From: a bacterium
GTDB lineage: Bacteria; JAMCPX01
Length of the DNA: 46,194 nucleotides
Assembly: GCA_049966275.1 (NCBI GenBank)
Contig: JBMFUY010000002.1
Coordinates: 1-46,194, forward strand
Direction: 5' to 3'
Positions 43,342-46,194 of this stretch are shown here, piece after piece (positions within the stretch are counted from its first letter, which is position 1; each line of letters begins with the position of its first letter). A program made the position numbers and the translations under genes. The notes under the pieces are model-generated. The model was not told where the DNA came from. It ran no database searches and saw only the letters and a program-made list of their open reading frames with translations.

Positions 43342-43806
43342 ATGCAGATAAGAATCATTGTCGCAGGCTTGCCAAAGAACAGGTGTATACAGAACCTGAC
43401 ATATGATTATATCGAAAGAATAGATCATTACTCTAAAATATCCCTTGAAGAGATAAAACCAGAATCTATTATTTCTGGTATGGAAAAGTTGGCTTTAAAA
43501 AAAGAAGCGAAAAAATTTATGCTGCACATGGAGAATAGTTATAACGTTGTACTGGATAAAGATGGAGAGGTATTAACTTCAGAGTTATTTGCAAACTTTT
43601 TAAATAAGCGTATAATTGGTGGTGTTAAAACAATGAATATAATAATAGGTGGACCCACTGGAATTGATTTTAGTGTAAAGCAAAGAGCTGATAAAGTGCT
43701 ATCACTGTCCAGGATGACATTTTCACATGAGTTGAGTCTGCTTATTATAGTTGAACAGATTTATAGAGCTTTTACTATTATGTATGGATTACCTTACCAT
43801 AAGTAG
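43342..43806 (+). CDS. rlmH: 23S rRNA (pseudouridine1915-N3)-methyltransferase RlmH (SPOUT)
   Basis: 154 aa. It has the SPOUT C-terminal knot (IIGGPTGIDF...LSLSRMTFSHEL) and the conserved position after rsfS. Confidence 0.88.
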   Translation: MQIRIIVAGLPKNRCIQNLTYDYIERIDHYSKISLEEIKPESIISGMEKLALKKEAKKFMLHMENSYNVVLDKDGEVLTSELFANFLNKRIIGGVKTMNIIIGGPTGIDFSVKQRADKVLSLSRMTFSHELSLLIIVEQIYRAFTIMYGLPYHK

Positions 43807-43814
43807 GTGAACAG

Positions 43815-45170
43815 ATGTATCAGGCGATGATCTTTTTGTTGCTAGTTGTATTATTTTTGTTTGGCTACCTATCCCTGTTCAATGGAAGGGAAACAGAGCT
43901 TTTTCTATCAAGAAGTACAGCCATTCATACAACTGCCTCTGCTATAGTTATAGCTTCATTTTTACTCGGTATGCTGTTGATGGCTATAGTTAGCCTGATA
44001 AGGGAAGCCAACAGAATTTATAGAGACTGGCAGAAAAAAAATCAGATTAACAAAGAAAACCTCAGTGCTTCCCTGGTTGAAAAGGGAAATGCAGAACTGA
44101 TAAAAGGTAACCTTGAAAAGGCGAAATCCTATTATATTGATGCAATTTCGAAAAATCCTTTGAACATAAATGCACATATAAAATTGTCTGAATGTTATTT
44201 AAAGTTAAAGGATAACCAGAGTGCTCTAAAAACATTACTTAAGATAAAGCATCAGGATCCAGAAAACATACCGTTGTTGTTACTCATGTACAAAATATAT
44301 TCTATGACAGGTGATTTAAATAGTATGATAGATGTTGCAAAGAAGCTTGTTAGCATAGAAGAGGAAAATGTAACATTTTTAGCACTATTGAGGGACGCAT
44401 ATATATCTGCAGGTAAATCAGAGGATGCCTATCGCACACACAAGGTTATAATGAGGGTTACAAAGGGTAAAGAAAACTACAGGGAAGAGAGGCAGAAATT
44501 AGGGGAATTAAAGTATAAATATGCCCTTTCAATCCTTGAAAGAGGGGACGTTGATCTGGCATTGAAAAAACTTGGTGATGTAAAAAAATTATATCCTGGA
44601 TTTGTACCAGCATATATTACAATTGGAGAACTTCTGATTGACAAAAAGAACGATATAGAAAAAGCAGTAGAAGAGTGGGAGTCGGGTTATGCTATTTCAC
44701 ACAATGCTGTTTTCCTTATAAAATTGGAAGACATGTATCTTAAACACGATAATCCTTTTGAGCTAATTCGTTTTTATCGTAGATTGCTTTCCAATAGTCC
44801 GGATGATCTGCTCGCAAGGATTATGTTTGCAAAGCTTTTACTCAGGCTTGAAATGATAGATGATGCTTCTGAACAGTTATCTTATTTAGATAATAAATGG
44901 ATACGTATACCCTCTACAGAGATTTTGAATGCAGAATTGTTGGCTAAAAGGGGTGATCATGCATCAGCTTATAAAAAGTTAAGGTCAGTTCAGATGAGCG
45001 GTATTCAATTAAAGTTTCCTTATATATGTTCTAACTGTGGATATGAGACCGTTGTATGGACTGCAGAATGCCCCAAATGTAAAAAGGCTAATAGCCTGGT
45101 GTTAAAGGCAAGCAAAGAATTGGAATCTGCCAAACCTGTTCAACCAAGGGTCAGCAGTTTGTTAGTATAA
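43815..45170 (+). CDS. lapB: LapB/YciM-like TPR protein with N-terminal TM helix and C-terminal rubredoxin-type zinc finger
   Basis: 451 aa. It has an N-terminal membrane anchor, multiple TPR-like repeats and a C-terminal CSNCGYETVVWTAECPKCK (CxxC...CxxC) motif, as in LapB. The functional assignment is by architecture only. Confidence 0.65.
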   Translation: MYQAMIFLLLVVLFLFGYLSLFNGRETELFLSRSTAIHTTASAIVIASFLLGMLLMAIVSLIREANRIYRDWQKKNQINKENLSASLVEKGNAELIKGNLEKAKSYYIDAISKNPLNINAHIKLSECYLKLKDNQSALKTLLKIKHQDPENIPLLLLMYKIYSMTGDLNSMIDVAKKLVSIEEENVTFLALLRDAYISAGKSEDAYRTHKVIMRVTKGKENYREERQKLGELKYKYALSILERGDVDLALKKLGDVKKLYPGFVPAYITIGELLIDKKNDIEKAVEEWESGYAISHNAVFLIKLEDMYLKHDNPFELIRFYRRLLSNSPDDLLARIMFAKLLLRLEMIDDASEQLSYLDNKWIRIPSTEILNAELLAKRGDHASAYKKLRSVQMSGIQLKFPYICSNCGYETVVWTAECPKCKKANSLVLKASKELESAKPVQPRVSSLLV

Positions 45171-45178
45171 ATTTTTAT

Positions 45179-45397
45179 ATGTCCAATCTCTACTGCTCAG
45201 TATGTGGCAGGTCCGTTAATCCAACCGTACATCTTAAAGATCATTATATTGTAGATTACTACGTTGAGGTTACTGGAGATACAGAAAGGGTTTCGATTGC
45301 AATAGAGGAGCAGGATAAAATTATCAACAAAACCTATTTAAAATTGATTACACGAAAAGAAATAATAAGATGTATTGACTGCATAAAGAAAAGATAA
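45179..45397 (+). CDS. Small hypothetical protein with a split CxxC...CxxC (zinc-ribbon-like) arrangement
   Basis: 72 aa with CSVC near the N-terminus and CIDC near the C-terminus. It starts 8 nt after the lapB-like stop. No strong SD is seen and I recognise no family. Confidence 0.45.
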   Translation: MSNLYCSVCGRSVNPTVHLKDHYIVDYYVEVTGDTERVSIAIEEQDKIINKTYLKLITRKEIIRCIDCIKKR

Positions 45398-45405
45398 AGT
45401 TATGT

Positions 45406-45445
45406 TTGACAAAGGGTATAACACGGTTATATTTATTGATAATAT
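45406..45445 (+). promoter_or_regulatory. Candidate sigma70-type promoter for the OMP gene
   Basis: TTGACA lies at 45406-45411. TATATT at 45428-45433 gives a 16-nt spacer. An alternative extended -10 is TGATAATAT at 45437-45445. An AAAGGAGG SD lies about 8 nt before ATG 45465. Confidence 0.4.
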
Positions 45446-45464
45446 CTTAAAAGGAGGAAAAAAT

Positions 45465-46109
45465 ATGAAAAAGATAGGTACAAGTTTGATCACTTCATTG
45501 ATAGTTCTTGGGTTAACGGTTTCGGCAAAGGCTGGTTATATTGGTGGAACAAATGAAACATCACAGGGAGGACAAACATATCAGATGAGACAAACAACAG
45601 TCACACTTCCACCTATAAAGATCGGTGTGGGATTTAATAGACAAATTACAGTAGCCAGTTTACCAGTACATGTCCAGGGCGTATATGGTTTGACCCCGGA
45701 TGATCTGTCCGCGAGAATATATGCTGGTGATTTCGGAGCTGAACTTGATCTTGGTGGTAATCAATTTGCTTCACCAGGTGGAGACAGTTCTACATTTGAT
45801 CTGGGACTAAAGCTATTTTATTCTGTGGTTTCAAAATCCTTCGTTAGGTTTAACGCTGGATTGGCACTTATGTACAGCACTTACTCTTATCCGATTACCA
45901 ATAATGGGGATTATATACAGGTGGGTAATGGTATAGATATTATCGCTGGTCCAGAATTCTTTATACCTCAGTTACCAGAGCTTGGGTTTAATGTGGAGAT
46001 AGGTTTTGGTTATCATTCTTATTCATACAACAATGATCACTTTGCAGGTGATGACCTTGGTACCCGTGGCTTTGATTTCTTACAGGCAGGCATACACTAT
46101 TATTTTTAA
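45465..46109 (+). CDS. Outer-membrane beta-barrel protein (small porin/OmpA-like barrel family)
   Basis: The start is moved to ATG 45465, which has a strong SD. The signal peptide is MKKIGTSLITSLIVLGLTVSAKA. Alternating amphipathic beta-strand segments are present. The C-terminus GIHYYF ends in the terminal aromatic typical of BAM substrates. Confidence 0.75.
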   Translation: MKKIGTSLITSLIVLGLTVSAKAGYIGGTNETSQGGQTYQMRQTTVTLPPIKIGVGFNRQITVASLPVHVQGVYGLTPDDLSARIYAGDFGAELDLGGNQFASPGGDSSTFDLGLKLFYSVVSKSFVRFNAGLALMYSTYSYPITNNGDYIQVGNGIDIIAGPEFFIPQLPELGFNVEIGFGYHSYSYNNDHFAGDDLGTRGFDFLQAGIHYYF

Positions 46110-46118
46110 ATAGGGTAG

Positions 46119-46194
46119 TTAACCCGAAAAATGCATTTGCGAAATAGGGAAGTTTGTGTAATGAGTGATAACCCCGCGTCAAATATAGGTATTC
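46119..46194 (-). repeat. Mosaic intergenic repeat, copy D (inverted, truncated by the window edge)
   Basis: The reverse complement reads ACCTATATTTGACGCGGGGTTATCACTCATTACACAAACTTCCCTATTTCGCAAATGCATTTTTCGGGTTAA. This matches copy A except for the missing ~20-nt hairpin and a few substitutions. It starts 10 nt after the OMP stop. Confidence 0.8.

Overview
The window is almost entirely a co-directional (+ strand) run of about 45 tightly packed housekeeping genes. The source looks like a low-GC (roughly 40% by eye, not computed) diderm bacterium. Fe-S class I fumarase and a 2-oxoacid:ferredoxin oxidoreductase suggest an anaerobe or microaerophile. Gene blocks, in order: (1) a ~14 kb TCA-cycle supercluster acn-icd-mdh-fumAB-sdhCDAB-sucCD-korDABC; (2) a class V aminotransferase, serA, hisZ, purA and a GalT-like HIT enzyme; (3) a ~0.9 kb ORF-free gap; (4) gamma-carbonic-anhydrase-like, cNMP-binding and LysM proteins, then guaB-guaA-dnaE-hfq-hflX; (5) a type II secretion cluster gspCDEFGHI; (6) obg-proB-proA-nadD-rsfS-rlmH-lapB, a small zinc-ribbon ORF and an outer-membrane beta-barrel protein. 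I recognise no rRNA, tRNA, CRISPR/cas, transposase, phage, toxin-antitoxin or known defence genes, and I see no convincing novel protein-based system. Two things are not explained by genes. The first is a mosaic, hairpin-bearing, MITE/REP-like repeat family with four copies at operon ends, including both window edges in inverted orientation. The second is the hairpin-dense ORF-free block at 20431-21187, which may be a structured RNA and/or a pile of decayed repeat copies. Secondary oddities are a lysine-rich histone-H1-like tail on SucD, an N-terminally extended Hfq, a Thr/Gly-repeat tail on the secretin, and a T2SS cluster that stops after gspI. Protein function calls rest on motif recognition in the supplied translations. 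No database search was run.
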